DNA from: Tubiluchus corallicola
Lineage: Eukaryota; Animalia; Priapulida
Reading direction: 5' to 3'
Length of the DNA stretch: 64,000 nt
NCBI GenBank assembly: GCA_030141605.1
Contig: JAQGDQ010000032.1
Location: 882,056-946,055 of the forward strand
The stretch's first letter is position 1. Each line of letters opens with the position of its first letter. The notes under the pieces were generated by a model. The model made no database searches and was not told the origin of the DNA. It saw nothing but the letters and a program-made list of their open reading frames with translations. This document shows, one piece after another, positions 53,401-63,989 of the stretch. The translations under genes and the position numbers were made by a program.

Positions 53401-56400
53401 TTAACTTATTTTCAAGAACTGCTGTCCAATCAATCCAGTCATTTTCTCTTAAGTCATATCGCACTCTAGAATTTTTAATTTTCGAACCGTTTGCTCTAAA
53501 TTCAGTGATTACGGGAAAATGCCTCATTTGAGGTGCTCCTGTAAAAAGTTCCACATCCCTGTATACTGTTTCTGCTAAAACGTTTACTGCGGTGTGATTT
53601 GGTGCTATGATAATGTCTATGATACTTCTTCTGGTTATTTATCCTTGGTACAGAAACTGCAACTAGGAAACCAAAGCTATAGGTCTTCTTAAAAACTGTG
53701 ACACGTCATTAACAGATGAGGAAATAAAAGATGACATTCGTCGTGCATTTCGATTCGCCAAAATAGAAAATTTTAGACGAAAAGACAAACCTCCGTTCCC
53801 ATTAGTTAAAGTGATATTTGCCTCAGAGAAAGACCTTGACTTTGCGACGCGGGAAGGTATACCAGTGGGTAATATTTATTGTGGGTAGAGAAATTTATTT
53901 TCAAAAACGGTTCATTGATTTGTTACTATAGCTACGGTCACGTGGCAAAATGGTGGACCCGTAAAGCGGTCTGTGGAAGGTGCGCAGAAAATCACAAAAC
54001 TGTCGATTGCAAAAATGATGAGGAAAACTGTAACGGTGGTCACAGATCGTGGTCCAGCAATTGCCCTATCTACAAACAGGAGAAAATTCGCATAAATGGG
54101 GGAAACAGGCGATTCAAGCCACGTTCGCTAATACAAATAATATACTAAAAGCGTGCCAAATAAATATAAATAAATGTTCACACCACTCGAAAATAGTTTT
54201 GATGAATTTGTCAACGATTACAACTGTAGTTTTGTCGGAAACCAAAGTAACTGAGAAAGATGTAGCGCAAATAACTTTGACCAACTATATCAGTTATGCA
54301 AAACCATCCAGAGGATATTCCGGTGGCACTGCTCTATTCGTTAGATCTGGCTTCACAAGCTGCAGGGTGCCAGAACTACAGCCTCCGGAATTAGATACTG
54401 TGTGGGTTATCGTGTACCTCTACGGTAGTAAATATTTGATAAATTCTATATACGTAATCTCTACACACCTCACCTCGTGGAAATATACCTAAAAACATTA
54501 AAAGTACCTATAAATTCCCTGAGACTCATCGCATAGTTAATTTATTATCTATTGGAGATTTAAACACACGCAGTTATGCATGGGACTTCAACTTGAACGC
54601 CCACGGAAAACTTATAAACGACTTACTGGCAGATAATAATATGGATCTAGCCGTTATTGCTCCTAATACAGAAACGTTTTTTCAGTCCGTTCTTTCCAAC
54701 GCTCCATAATATCATCAGCTTCTTCCTCACTTCTAAGTTGTACTTGAATTTTTCCTCTAGCTATCTTATAAGCCTTATCAAACCGAAATCTAGGAAATAG
54801 CTCGCTCAGGCGTTTCTTAATAGTTATACTGCTTTTAACTATTTCTTTGTTCTTCACATTCTCTATAATTACCATACACTCGGGCTTGTACAGGATATCT
54901 GAAGCAGGACTAACAGTTTTGCGGGCTGATCTACTAGAGGGCTTCAGCTCATAACTATCAGTTTTGCTAGTAACTAGAGGTAGCGATTGCTTTGCCAAAG
55001 TCTCTTATACTATCGAGCTGTACGAAGCGCCAGGCTTATTACAAGATAATTTCTTTACGTTGTCATTTAATTTCTCTAATTCTCTGTCCATGCTGGTTAG
55101 TTTTTCCAGTAACAGTTTCTGAGCTACCCACTCTTCATTTTCCAAAAGACAATTTAGGACATATTGCAATTTTCGCTGACTTTCTTCTTACTCAATTACG
55201 TCAAATATTTGAGTCTTTCTGGCCTCAACGTTACTATTTTATTTAGTGGTATCCTTATTTCTTAGAGAAATTGTATTAACCCTTTCTCTGTTCGTTTCCG
55301 GCTCAGTATCGGTACAAGCTGATTTATCAAAACACCGATCACAGATTACAATCGATACCATTATCTTGCTTACAGGTTTTTTGCGTTCCTGCACAGAACA
55401 CAGCTTTTCCTTTCCCCATCAGCAATTTAGAAAGCCTCGGATAAACCAGTTTATACTGGTTTATGACCAGTCTATGACCACATGAGCTCATTAACAAAGA
55501 ATAGGCTGATTTAGGCCTATTCACTGTTGAATCACCTGTACAACGGTTATGACAATGTGTCCTGTCCATAACCGCCACTGTTTGTGTCAAATTTTGACAA
55601 TATTTAAAGTCGTTTTTCGCTTATATTTTTAATTCACAATTTATATTTCCAAAATTTTATTACCTTCAATTTGCCTTGGTTTTTATGCTTACACTGATGT
55701 AATTCATATTAAACAAAACACAATACTTTCACATGAAAACACCGAAAAACCGACAGAAGATTTGTTTATAGATAGGCGTTTATAGAAGTCGCGCATGCGT
55801 AGAACAGCCTATACAGAAACATCCTAACAGACTAATAAACTTCAAAAGAAGCTTATAACATCTGTGCAGGCTAATCTGCAGGTTACGGAATGAAATGTGT
55901 CTTTACATGTTAACAAATCATGAAAGAATGAATGTCTAAATAAAACATGTTGATGTTTGACCGTGCCAACATGCACTTTTCATTAGAAAAATACATAAGA
56001 CAACAAAGACACGCGTAGAGCTATATACAAATATTAATTTTTGTTGTTTTGCCGTATGTTTTTTCTGACATTATTATTATTTCTCTGATAATGACGATGT
56101 ATTAAACACATTGAAATGTTAAAACGTCAATCTGTTTTGTTTGGACATTTCTCCTTTTGTGAGATCATAACGATAAGATCGCTTTGCAACAGTTCATTTA
56201 TTGTTTAGACATGGAGTCAGTGTATTGGCTTGCTGTGTGGGCTTACTATGACACAAGAGAACAATCGAGGAGAAACAATTTATCCAACATCGTAGCGTTC
56301 TCATTCCGAACTTTCATACCAGCAACTGGAGCTTCAACTGCCAAGTTTTCTGCATCTTCGCTTTTATGGTCGTTGATAGCATGCTTAGTTGTAATAATAG

Positions 56401-56501
56401 TAGTGGTAACACTGTACTATGTGCTAACAAGAGAAAAAAGAAAGCGTAGAAGAGGCGAAGAAGAGGAAGAGAGTCATTCAGTAAACGAAACTGCGACGTA
56501 A
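36400..56501 (+). CDS. CLCA: Calcium-activated chloride channel regulator (CLCA) family zinc metalloprotease/VWA/FN3 protein with C-terminal TM, 946 aa, 17 exons
   Basis: Exons (GT-AG, 2841 nt = 947 codons incl. stop): 36400-36614, 37244-37496, 38199-38331, 39129-39271, 44763-44864, 45667-45831, 45918-46092, 46625-46755, 47221-47392, 47621-47880, 48908-49088, 49880-50052, 51026-51188, 51302-51421, 51839-51903, 52141-52237, 56209-56501. Signal peptide MISINSLALILFVAV; NGY..VTIAIDENVPE; HEWAHLRWGLFDE zinc motif; HNRRAPNQQNRKC; VWA MIDAS DTSGS; DNGAGADARKQDGIYSRFFT; PPNDITDL; TM LLWSLIACLVVIIVVVTLYYVL. Confidence 0.94.
36734..37097. mobile_element. MITE with 32-bp perfect terminal inverted repeats (CLCA intron 1)
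   Basis: ACTCTTCGTTTGCGTACAAATCTTACAAAGAA at 36734 and its exact reverse complement ending at 37097. Confidence 0.75.
37766..37962 (-). mobile_element. MITE family A, internally deleted copy (opposite orientation to 26715-27016)
   Basis: GTCGCATTCAGGCTA...TTTGCAATAACTTGCCGACAGTAA...AAAACTCGCGACAGAAAG...CTAGTCTG aligns by eye to the reverse complement of 26715-27016. Confidence 0.65.
38779..38921. repeat. Fold-back inverted repeat / small MITE (CLCA intron 3)
   Basis: AACTATGACACGAAAACTTAT ... ATAAGTTTTCGTGTCATAGTT perfect 21-bp inner arms with degenerate outer arms. Confidence 0.7.
41411..41455 (+). ncRNA. Decayed minimal type-I hammerhead ribozyme motif (Penelope-like element remnant)
   Basis: AAAC-CTGATGA-A-GGAAA-(agagcattcg)-TTTCC-C-GAAA-TG-TC-TTT: catalytic core boxes and a 5-bp stem II are present; stem I and the stem-II closing pair are imperfect. 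Confidence 0.4.
42021..42310 (+). mobile_element. SINE-like element with tRNA A-box head followed by a 5S rRNA-like segment, copy 2 (CLCA intron 4)
   Basis: TAGCTTAGTGATTACTGTGCATGCTTAG...CCGAAGTTATG...CCTGGTCATCAAATGAGTGGGTGACTGC; colinear with copy 1. Confidence 0.45.
43200..43573. mobile_element. Harbinger-like MITE (CLCA intron 4)
   Basis: TIR GGGGCCATCCACATATA ... TATATGTGGATGATCCC with internal ACCTACCTACC subterminal repeats. Confidence 0.65.
44315..44380 (+). pseudogene. Frameshifted partial copy of CLCA exon 4 inside intron 4
   Basis: Aligns to 39150-39214 at 57/65 identity plus a 1-nt insertion; no splice sites retained. Confidence 0.8.
44430..44474. repeat. Perfect 14-bp hairpin
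   Basis: AATGTAATATCCGC-N17-GCGGATATTACATT. Confidence 0.8.
46214..46350 (-). mobile_element. MITE family A, partial copy
   Basis: CAGGAAATCAACTC...GCAACTGTCGGAGAGTTT...CGCGACAGAAAAC...CTAGTCTGA matches the reverse complement of the 26715-26850 part. Confidence 0.65.
47422..47495. repeat. (GT)n/(GCGT)n microsatellite
   Basis: Directly visible. Confidence 0.95.
48060..48285. repeat. (CAT)n trinucleotide microsatellite
   Basis: Directly visible; gives spurious poly-Met/Ile ORFs. Confidence 0.95.
48395..48590. mobile_element. Small MITE-like inverted repeat (CLCA intron 10)
   Basis: CAGACATCCGGAATACGTATGCGCTAT ... ATAACGCATAACGTATTCCAGAAGTCTG, ~27-bp imperfect arms. Confidence 0.55.
50314..50418. 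repeat. (AT)n and (AC)n microsatellites
   Basis: Directly visible. Confidence 0.95.
52861..55819 (-). mobile_element. Decayed non-LTR retrotransposon (I/Jockey-type: gag-like CCHC ORF1 + APE endonuclease), internally deleted (no RT seen), with internal inversion ~53646-54664; in CLCA intron 16
   Basis: Minus strand: ORF1 pieces 55590-55339 and 54998-54663; APE C-terminus SIIDIII...RHFPVITEF plus linker ~53640-53309; 3' end AATAAA...(TAA)n at ~52863-52890. Plus strand: ORF1 C-half with knuckles CGRCAENHKTVDC and CNGGHRSWSSNCP, then APE N-half (QININK, LSETK, GGTALFV, GDLN). Candidate TSD CATCCTA at 52854-52860 and 55820-55826. Confidence 0.8.
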
Positions 56502-58313
56502 CAGTAAAAGACAGTTCCGTTTTTTTCAACATTTGCATAAAGTTTCGTGTTTATAAACTTCGATAATTAACATAAATTATCCCTTTAGCTTGATGAAAGT
56601 ATGTAATTCAAGTCGCAACATAATTGCTGTTGGTAAAAGAATTTTCAGTAAATACGTTACTAAGATAAATATGCTGTAATCTCTACATTCCGTGTTCTGC
56701 TGGAACGAAAGCCATGTTTTTCCGTAAAATTTTTAAAAACTTCACCAGCTGAAAAATCCTTATTTCGTAACCTTTCTGTGTAACCAGTACGATTATTTCA
56801 AACAGTAAAGAAGAACTGCCTTCATTTCAAGCCGGTGGTATTCAATTTGTGTTGCGCAATATTTTCGTTCATACACGCACGATGCAATAATATTTTTGCT
56901 CAGTCTTTAATGTGGTCTTCAAACACTCAGTACTCTTGCTCAATTATACTGTACACGTGTATACTCCTTTAAACTGGGTGACCAGAGGCACGCTAACTAA
57001 TCCCTTAACCTTGACCAAGGACTGATCCAAATTTGACCCAATCCTTACTTTATGCACAAGAGAAACATATTGTTTTACTTTTACTACGTGATTCTTAAGC
57101 ATAAGACTATTTTACATTCTTCGCATAAGACTACAAAGTATGATCAACTTTTATCATAAAATTACGAAAAGAAAGTCGCCGAAAAAAGTAAAAGAGTTTT
57201 TTATCAGTATATCACTTTTTCAAACAATTTAGGAAAGTACTCAAATTTTTTCATCGTTGGAACTGGAACCGTATCAGAATCTGATCAAATCACAAAAATA
57301 ATCCAGTGATTTATAAGCCACCAACTCATTTTCATGACTTTAGTCAAAAAATGCTCCATTTTGCCTTAATTAAACTGTTTATTTCTCTCCAACACTCTGT
57401 TTAGTTAACAATTAGAAACAATCAAAAACGCCTTGCTCGATACATTGATTAGTATTTATCTGATTAGTATTTTTTGTTTCATATAAAGTCAATATAACAT
57501 TAAATTAGAATATAGTGACAAAGATTAAGCCTCTAATCTTTCTTTAATGATGACTTTGGATTCTGGAATGTTTACACATAACGTGATAATATATACAGTT
57601 GTACAAAACGCACGCTGTAGTATTCGTAAAATGCAAATTTGTGGTCATTAATGAAAATTGTAAATATTTATGATATATAGTTTATACAATGTAACATAAT
57701 ATTATTCGCAATGCTAACACTCGGTTTATTTTTAATTTTCAAATACTAAATATTTTCTATAAACAAAAAACTAAACAGCTATAACAACAGCGTTTTTTAC
57801 GCTCAAAAGTGAACTGGCCAGAAATGAGAGTTGATTCTTAAAATGGGTTCTAGAAAGTTTAGATGATGTGTAAATCTAGAAAGAAAGACAAAATAGCCGC
57901 TCAACTTCACATATACACTATTATAAAACTAAATATAAACAAATAAAATTTTGGAATTACGAAGACAAACCAGGGAACAGGTAATAAATTTTACAAAATC
58001 ACGTGAATTTTTGCACACATAGTCGTTAATAATGTGATTCATGAAGTTAGATTTTGTAACAAATAAACAAAATAAAATGAGCAAGATATCACATCTTAAA
58101 ATTTGGAAAGTTGACAATAACGTATGCAAATTGCATATTACAGTAAAACGAAGACAGCTACCGGCAACAAAAGCTTCCGAAATCTTGAAAGGCGCACCAA
58201 GTAAAAATACAAAAGCGTAAAATATGCAATAGATAAGAATATGTTTTGTAAAGAAGCTGTATTCATCCTCCACAAAAAGTACTCCCAGGGTTTTGAAAAA
58301 CGTGGTTTTCATA

Positions 58314-61300
58314 TCACGGACCTTCATCCTTTATTGTGGAATCAGCTTGGTGTAATACATTCTGGTCTGCTACTACCATGTCTTTTTGAAGCACTACAGT
58401 AGGAGAAACTAGGTGACTCTGAGCGTAATTATCGTCTATAACCGAACTACTAGCAGCAGCAGTAATCACACAGCTGTCTTTGAGAATATGGGAAGCGTCA
58501 CTTTTGTTTTGGTCTTCTAGTAAATTCTTATTTTCAAGAAGCAGGTTTAACTTTGGATTACTAGGTGATGGTAAAAAATGATTGGAATATGAAAAAGAAT
58601 TTTTGGGCAATTCATGATCCGAAAAAGAGACAGTATCACCAGCAGATGACTCGCACCGATCATTTGATGAAGAGGACAAATGTGAAACGGAAAGATGAGA
58701 TCTTTGCGATATATCTTTCTGATCTAAACCAATAGCAACTGAAGCTAACATTGACAAAGCTGGTACAGAATCTGAATGCTCATTACTGATAGTTATCATT
58801 CTTTGTTGATTTATAGAATAATTGTTATTAACAGTAGAGCAGTCTTCATCTGTTTCACTGCACTGCAAAAGTGCATCTTCTTTGTTTGTCCTTACTGAAC
58901 TACAGGATCTAACTTGATAAATGGCTTCTACATGTCTGTTTCTTTTTCTTTGATTTTCATCATCACCATCATCGTCATTGTCGTCATTATCGGATGACGC
59001 TGCTTCCTGACCCTCACCATGAAATTGCACTAAATGTAGACCAAGTTTCGTAATCTTAGTAAATGTAGCACTACAGAAATTGCACTTAAAGAGTCCATTT
59101 TGCTTCTTAAACACGCGTGTTGCTTCATTGTTCTGATCAGTGGAAGCAAAACTGGCTAATTGTTCGATATTTGTCATAGAAGAAACAGGTAAATGAGGTT
59201 TACCTTTGGTTTGTGTATGAATGTGCGTCATGAATACCGAGTCTTCTGAATAAACAGCATTGCATTTGGTTTTAGAACACGTATCACAACACTTTATAAA
59301 TGAATTATCACTACATTGTCCAATCGCATTAGTGCTCCAGAATGGTTTACTACAGTAGCTGCACTGAAATAGAGAATACGGCGTTTGTAAGGGTGGACTG
59401 ACCGTGCAGTTTTTATGATAGGCAGCTACATGAGATAATAACTCATCTTCATGATCAAAGATGATAGAATCACACAAACCACACCCATAAAACTGGATCC
59501 TGTCGTGATTGTGAAATGAAGGTTCATCCGTAATTAATGCACGTCTTTCTAACGATTCCACCTGATTATATTCATCCTTTTCTTGTTTTTGAATTTTTAA
59601 AGACTCCTGAAGAACCATCCCTGTATCGCCTGAAGAAGTATGTTTATCACTAACTCGAACAACTTGCTGTAACTCAATCAAACAATAATCACAAACCGTA
59701 AGATTATCATAAAAACACAGTTCATGCTTGTTGAACAATCGACAACAAATTCTGCACTGTTCCAAAGCTTCTAAGCATCTACGCTGACATGAACTGCTGT
59801 TAGTGGCAAACTCTGGCAAGCATGAACAAGATTTTTCCAAGTTATGTGCAATCTTCATATGCATATGCAAAAACTCTTTCTTATAGAATTCGGAGGAGCA
59901 GTAAAAGCAACAAATTTTACTACTACCAGATACAGAACTACCATTCTCCATTGAGCAATTACTTTTATTTCCTAATTTCGTATCACTAAAGTTTCTGATA
60001 AAATTTTTAAAATTGGCACGACTTACATCACCTTTTTGTTGCACAGAAGTCGCAGCATTGGAGTTTAAATCATTCGACCAGGCCGTGTTATTTCTTTCAT
60101 TGGAAACAGTACTCACTGTCGAAGTTGCAAAATTCTTATACGATCTACGCAGCTGGATATTTGGGTGGCACTCTTCCATATGTTTGGCAAGGTGAGCACC
60201 ACTGCGGAAGTAATTTTCACACAGTCCACATCCATATCGATCATGTACGCGGGTAATGTGTTCCCCAAGGTCTCCAGAACTAGCAAAGTAAATTCCACAA
60301 TCTTTGCATAACTTGGCATCAGTGTGCGATTCTACATGCAAATTCATATCATGCTTTCGTTCAGCGACAGCTCTGCATATTATACAAAAATACAAGCCAT
60401 GTAACTGCTGAACATGCTGTACCAGCTGTTCACAATATGAAAGCTTTGCCACACAACGGGGACAACTAAAACTATTGTGCAAGCCTTTGTTTTGCAGTTG
60501 CCCCGTTATTGTTTCTGCTATAATGATTTCACGTGACACCTCAACGATATTTTTTTCATGCAAAAAAAGATGATCCATCAAGTCCAGAGGACCTTGAAAA
60601 GGGTTGCAACAAGCTTGACATGTGTACAGATCACTCATATTCACATCATGGTTTTTCAAGTGCAAAATATAATTCTGCGCTGTATCAAAGATTCGTTGAC
60701 AAAACTTACATGTCAGCGCATGATGATGTAAATTGTGATTATTGAAATCCTCAACACTTGGCAGCATTACCCCGCACAATACACAGTAGCAAGATTGGTC
60801 CAGAATGTGCTGATCTACATGCTCCTTTAATTCATTTGGATGTAGGAACCTTGCTTTGCAAATACCACAAACAGATGGTGGAACATTGTGCGTTGAAGCC
60901 TTGTGTTCCTCGAGGTCCTCTTTTTTCCAGAACTTTTTATTGCAACTGATGCATGTGTATTTATGTGACTCCATGTGTAATACAAATGATTTTGCATCTG
61001 GCAGTGGTAGGTTACAAATGTTGCAAGTAATGTTGCGTTCGTAATTTTCAATATTCATATGCAGTTTTGCAGAACTATGCACTTCATATGAATTTTGATG
61101 TCTATTGTAAAGCATACTTTCGATGCTACGCCTCCGTGACAACTCAGATGCACTAATTAATTTTGGAATATTATCTTCATTTGTTCCTAGTTGTCCTTTG
61201 TTGTTTTGTCTGGAAATGATGCTACTAGAAGTTCTGGTGGTACCAGCAGACTGAACAGGTATAGCATGATCTGATGCTGCTACATTTGGAGCAGACGGTT

Positions 61301-63989
61301 CTGAAAACACAGAAAGTTTTTGTACATCTTTTCCAATACTTACTGACTGAGAATTATTACAAACACTTTTGTATAATATTGACTTTGGTGCTATAGGGCG
61401 ATATCTGCTTGGCTGCTGAATGGAAGGAAACGGAATCTTTTGAGCTGCCTGTGATATGTCCAGTGTTGTATGACGTGCCTCAACATGAGCAACAATACTT
61501 TCTGCCCTGAAGAACTTCACATTACACAAACTGCACAAAAATTCTCCTTTGTTATCATGAGCAATGGAATGCGCTTGTAACTGCTCCAGACGCACTCTTT
61601 GTGAGAACATTGCATTGCATGTTGTGCAAAGTATTGGAGCTGGAAAATGTTTACTGGAGTGTTTTGCATATTCCTCCTTTGACATGCAAGGTATGTTGCA
61701 AATTGCACAAGGCGAGGACTCACGCAAATGCTCGTATAAGATGCTTTCTCTAGGAAAAATTCGAAAGCACAAGTTGCATGTGAACGATGTCGGTTTATGA
61801 TTCACTAGATGAAGACAAAAAGATTGTTCATCTAGAAATGTCACATGGCAATCGAAGCAAGACAAGGTACCATTACTGTGAACTTTCATGTAATGTTGGC
61901 ACAAAGCTGTTTTACTAGGGAAAAACATGTTGCACAAATGGCACCGCTGCTGCGTGGATGAGCATTTACTGGACTGAAGGTGTGCAAGCCAAGACTTCAA
62001 GTCAAAAAATGCATCACAACACTTATCACAAACTTTTATCCAGTGAGCCAGTATGTGAGAAGTAAGATCAAGCCTGTTTGAGAATGTACCATTGCAGATG
62101 ATGCAAGTCATTGGTTGCAGTTTCTCGCTCATGTGCACGAATTCATGCAGCTTGTGTTGTGTCCGATCAAAGAATTTTAAAGAGCATTCTGAACAAGTAA
62201 AGTCACCTTGGGTTTTTGGTGTTGAATTTGGGCTACCTTTCTTGGATATTTGTGGCAAGTCACATGTTTTTACCCAAGAGGGATCTTTTATGTTGGACAC
62301 CTGTTCAGAATCTTTTGAGTTCTTGGTAGATAAATCCAGAACAGTGTCATAGGTTTCGTCCACCACCACATCCATCTCTTCTTGAGAAACATTTCTTTCT
62401 GCAATCATATTTGGTTTACAAGTGTGCCCCTCCATATCCTCACAGCTTGCAAAATAGTTCTTGCATAGTTTACAGAAAAATGGAAGCACACTTTTAAGTG
62501 CACAAGCATTAATATGTTGTTCAAACCTATTATACACTACAAAGCAAAGACTACATAATCCACAGACGAACAACTGCCTGTACTTTTCATGAGACTGCAT
62601 GTGACTACGAATGCTATCCAAAGAATAAAATGATTGTTCGCAGACTCCACATGTACCTCTTATTCTAGAAGCAAAATCCTTGGTCACATCAATCACTTCA
62701 TTCGTACTGTCTTCAGTTGCAGCAGGTGAACTTTTCAGTTGTCTGTCTGGTGATAATTGCTCGCTTTCAGCATGTATTCCTGCATTTTCATTAGCAAACT
62801 TACATAAATGGTGATAATGAGTGTCTTCTGCATCAAACGACGTGTTACATTTCATGCACACATAAACCAAGCTACTGTGAATTAATGAGTGATTGTACAA
62901 CTTATCAATGCTTGGATGCATTGTCAAACATACGCCACATCTATATCTTGGTGATTGTTTCGATTCCACACTTACTGCTGTTACAGTCGAAGTAATTGAG
63001 GCTAATGGAGAACTTGATGAAATCGTCAAATCGTTTACATTTTTGATGCCATTTGTAGCCATTGGTATGGTCACATTTTGTGATGAGTTAGATATAAGCG
63101 TGTCTGCACTTGTAGTCAGCCATTTATCAAAAGAATCATTCAGTCTGTTTTCAAATGATGTGGCAGTCAACGTAGGCATTGAAATAACTGAAGATGAACT
63201 ACCAAATGAGCTGAAATTTGGAGATTCACCTGGTCGAATAAATGTCACTGGTATATTAAACGTAGTAGAATACACGGACCCTTGATTAGGTTTGCTGACA
63301 TTTATAACAGGCTTGTTTTGGAAGTCACGTAGTGGAGATGGAGAAAGGCGACTACGTGTTAGCAAACTTCTGACGCAACTGCCCTCTGGTATTGCCTTGC
63401 TGGAAGTTGCGGCTGTGGGCATTCGAGTAAGCATTCTACTACCAATTGAGTTCATAAAACCAAATGGAATCTTCGAACTTGCCATTGAAAACGTTTGCGG
63501 TATGTTGCTTATCATACTGTTCGCATGTGCAGATTTTGTAATTGATTCCGGAAAATGTGGTTGTCCTACCACAAACGTGGATAACAATTCTCCTGATGAT
63601 AAGCGCCTTTTGTATACTATCTCACCAGGTTCAGTCTCAGTTTCCAGTGCATCTGTCTCATTCTGATCAACAGCTTCACGTACGTGAACACGCACATGCC
63701 CAGTTAATTCCTTTATACTGGCAAACTTTGAGCAACATAACGTGCAGGAAAAGAGAGGTTCTCTGAGTTCTCTCATATCGGCACCACAAATTAGCTGTTT
63801 CTTGTCAAAAACATTAGTTGATGTATTTGCCAATGTAAGCACCGAATCAACGTCTTTGTCAGTAGTAAGTGAAGACGATTGCATCGAAGAACACTTTTGA
63901 TTGCCTTCTTGGTGGGATTTCTCGACAATGGGGCTCTCAGTCTTTGCTATCTTAGCTGGCAAAGGCTTAGTGGAAAGATCCATAGCCAA
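58314..63989 (-). CDS. Large multi-C2H2 zinc-finger protein (about 28 fingers, at least 1891 aa) in one uninterrupted ORF; frame open to window edge, so 5' end probably outside window
   Basis: 1891-codon ORF with repeated CxxC-x12-Hx3-4(H/C) units in clusters, no TGEKP linkers, and CtBP-type motifs AMDLS and VLDLS. Upstream of 63989 the frame reads D-S-D-L with no stop; the first ATG is at 63983. Confidence 0.9.
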   Translation of the reverse strand: MAMDLSTKPLPAKIAKTESPIVEKSHQEGNQKCSSMQSSSLTTDKDVDSVLTLANTSTNVFDKKQLICGADMRELREPLFSCTLCCSKFASIKELTGHVRVHVREAVDQNETDALETETEPGEIVYKRRLSSGELLSTFVVGQPHFPESITKSAHANSMISNIPQTFSMASSKIPFGFMNSIGSRMLTRMPTAATSSKAIPEGSCVRSLLTRSRLSPSPLRDFQNKPVINVSKPNQGSVYSTTFNIPVTFIRPGESPNFSSFGSSSSVISMPTLTATSFENRLNDSFDKWLTTSADTLISNSSQNVTIPMATNGIKNVNDLTISSSSPLASITSTVTAVSVESKQSPRYRCGVCLTMHPSIDKLYNHSLIHSSLVYVCMKCNTSFDAEDTHYHHLCKFANENAGIHAESEQLSPDRQLKSSPAATEDSTNEVIDVTKDFASRIRGTCGVCEQSFYSLDSIRSHMQSHEKYRQLFVCGLCSLCFVVYNRFEQHINACALKSVLPFFCKLCKNYFASCEDMEGHTCKPNMIAERNVSQEEMDVVVDETYDTVLDLSTKNSKDSEQVSNIKDPSWVKTCDLPQISKKGSPNSTPKTQGDFTCSECSLKFFDRTQHKLHEFVHMSEKLQPMTCIICNGTFSNRLDLTSHILAHWIKVCDKCCDAFFDLKSWLAHLQSSKCSSTQQRCHLCNMFFPSKTALCQHYMKVHSNGTLSCFDCHVTFLDEQSFCLHLVNHKPTSFTCNLCFRIFPRESILYEHLRESSPCAICNIPCMSKEEYAKHSSKHFPAPILCTTCNAMFSQRVRLEQLQAHSIAHDNKGEFLCSLCNVKFFRAESIVAHVEARHTTLDISQAAQKIPFPSIQQPSRYRPIAPKSILYKSVCNNSQSVSIGKDVQKLSVFSEPSAPNVAASDHAIPVQSAGTTRTSSSIISRQNNKGQLGTNEDNIPKLISASELSRRRSIESMLYNRHQNSYEVHSSAKLHMNIENYERNITCNICNLPLPDAKSFVLHMESHKYTCISCNKKFWKKEDLEEHKASTHNVPPSVCGICKARFLHPNELKEHVDQHILDQSCYCVLCGVMLPSVEDFNNHNLHHHALTCKFCQRIFDTAQNYILHLKNHDVNMSDLYTCQACCNPFQGPLDLMDHLFLHEKNIVEVSREIIIAETITGQLQNKGLHNSFSCPRCVAKLSYCEQLVQHVQQLHGLYFCIICRAVAERKHDMNLHVESHTDAKLCKDCGIYFASSGDLGEHITRVHDRYGCGLCENYFRSGAHLAKHMEECHPNIQLRRSYKNFATSTVSTVSNERNNTAWSNDLNSNAATSVQQKGDVSRANFKNFIRNFSDTKLGNKSNCSMENGSSVSGSSKICCFYCSSEFYKKEFLHMHMKIAHNLEKSCSCLPEFATNSSSCQRRCLEALEQCRICCRLFNKHELCFYDNLTVCDYCLIELQQVVRVSDKHTSSGDTGMVLQESLKIQKQEKDEYNQVESLERRALITDEPSFHNHDRIQFYGCGLCDSIIFDHEDELLSHVAAYHKNCTVSPPLQTPYSLFQCSYCSKPFWSTNAIGQCSDNSFIKCCDTCSKTKCNAVYSEDSVFMTHIHTQTKGKPHLPVSSMTNIEQLASFASTDQNNEATRVFKKQNGLFKCNFCSATFTKITKLGLHLVQFHGEGQEAASSDNDDNDDDGDDENQRKRNRHVEAIYQVRSCSSVRTNKEDALLQCSETDEDCSTVNNNYSINQQRMITISNEHSDSVPALSMLASVAIGLDQKDISQRSHLSVSHLSSSSNDRCESSAGDTVSFSDHELPKNSFSYSNHFLPSPSNPKLNLLLENKNLLEDQNKSDASHILKDSCVITAAASSSVIDDNYAQSHLVSPTVVLQKDMVVADQNVLHQADSTIKDEGP

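Noticed and set aside
6182-56501. Non-canonical or U12-type introns
   Set aside because: All 52 reconstructed introns are GT-AG and none has a GTATCCT/ATATCCT donor.
57929-58327. 132-aa minus-strand ORF overlapping the ZNF stop
   Set aside because: Composition of an AT-rich 3' UTR; no recognisable domain.
60013-63766. Short ORFs overlapping the zinc-finger gene on either strand
   Set aside because: Antisense or alternate-frame by-products of a long coding exon.
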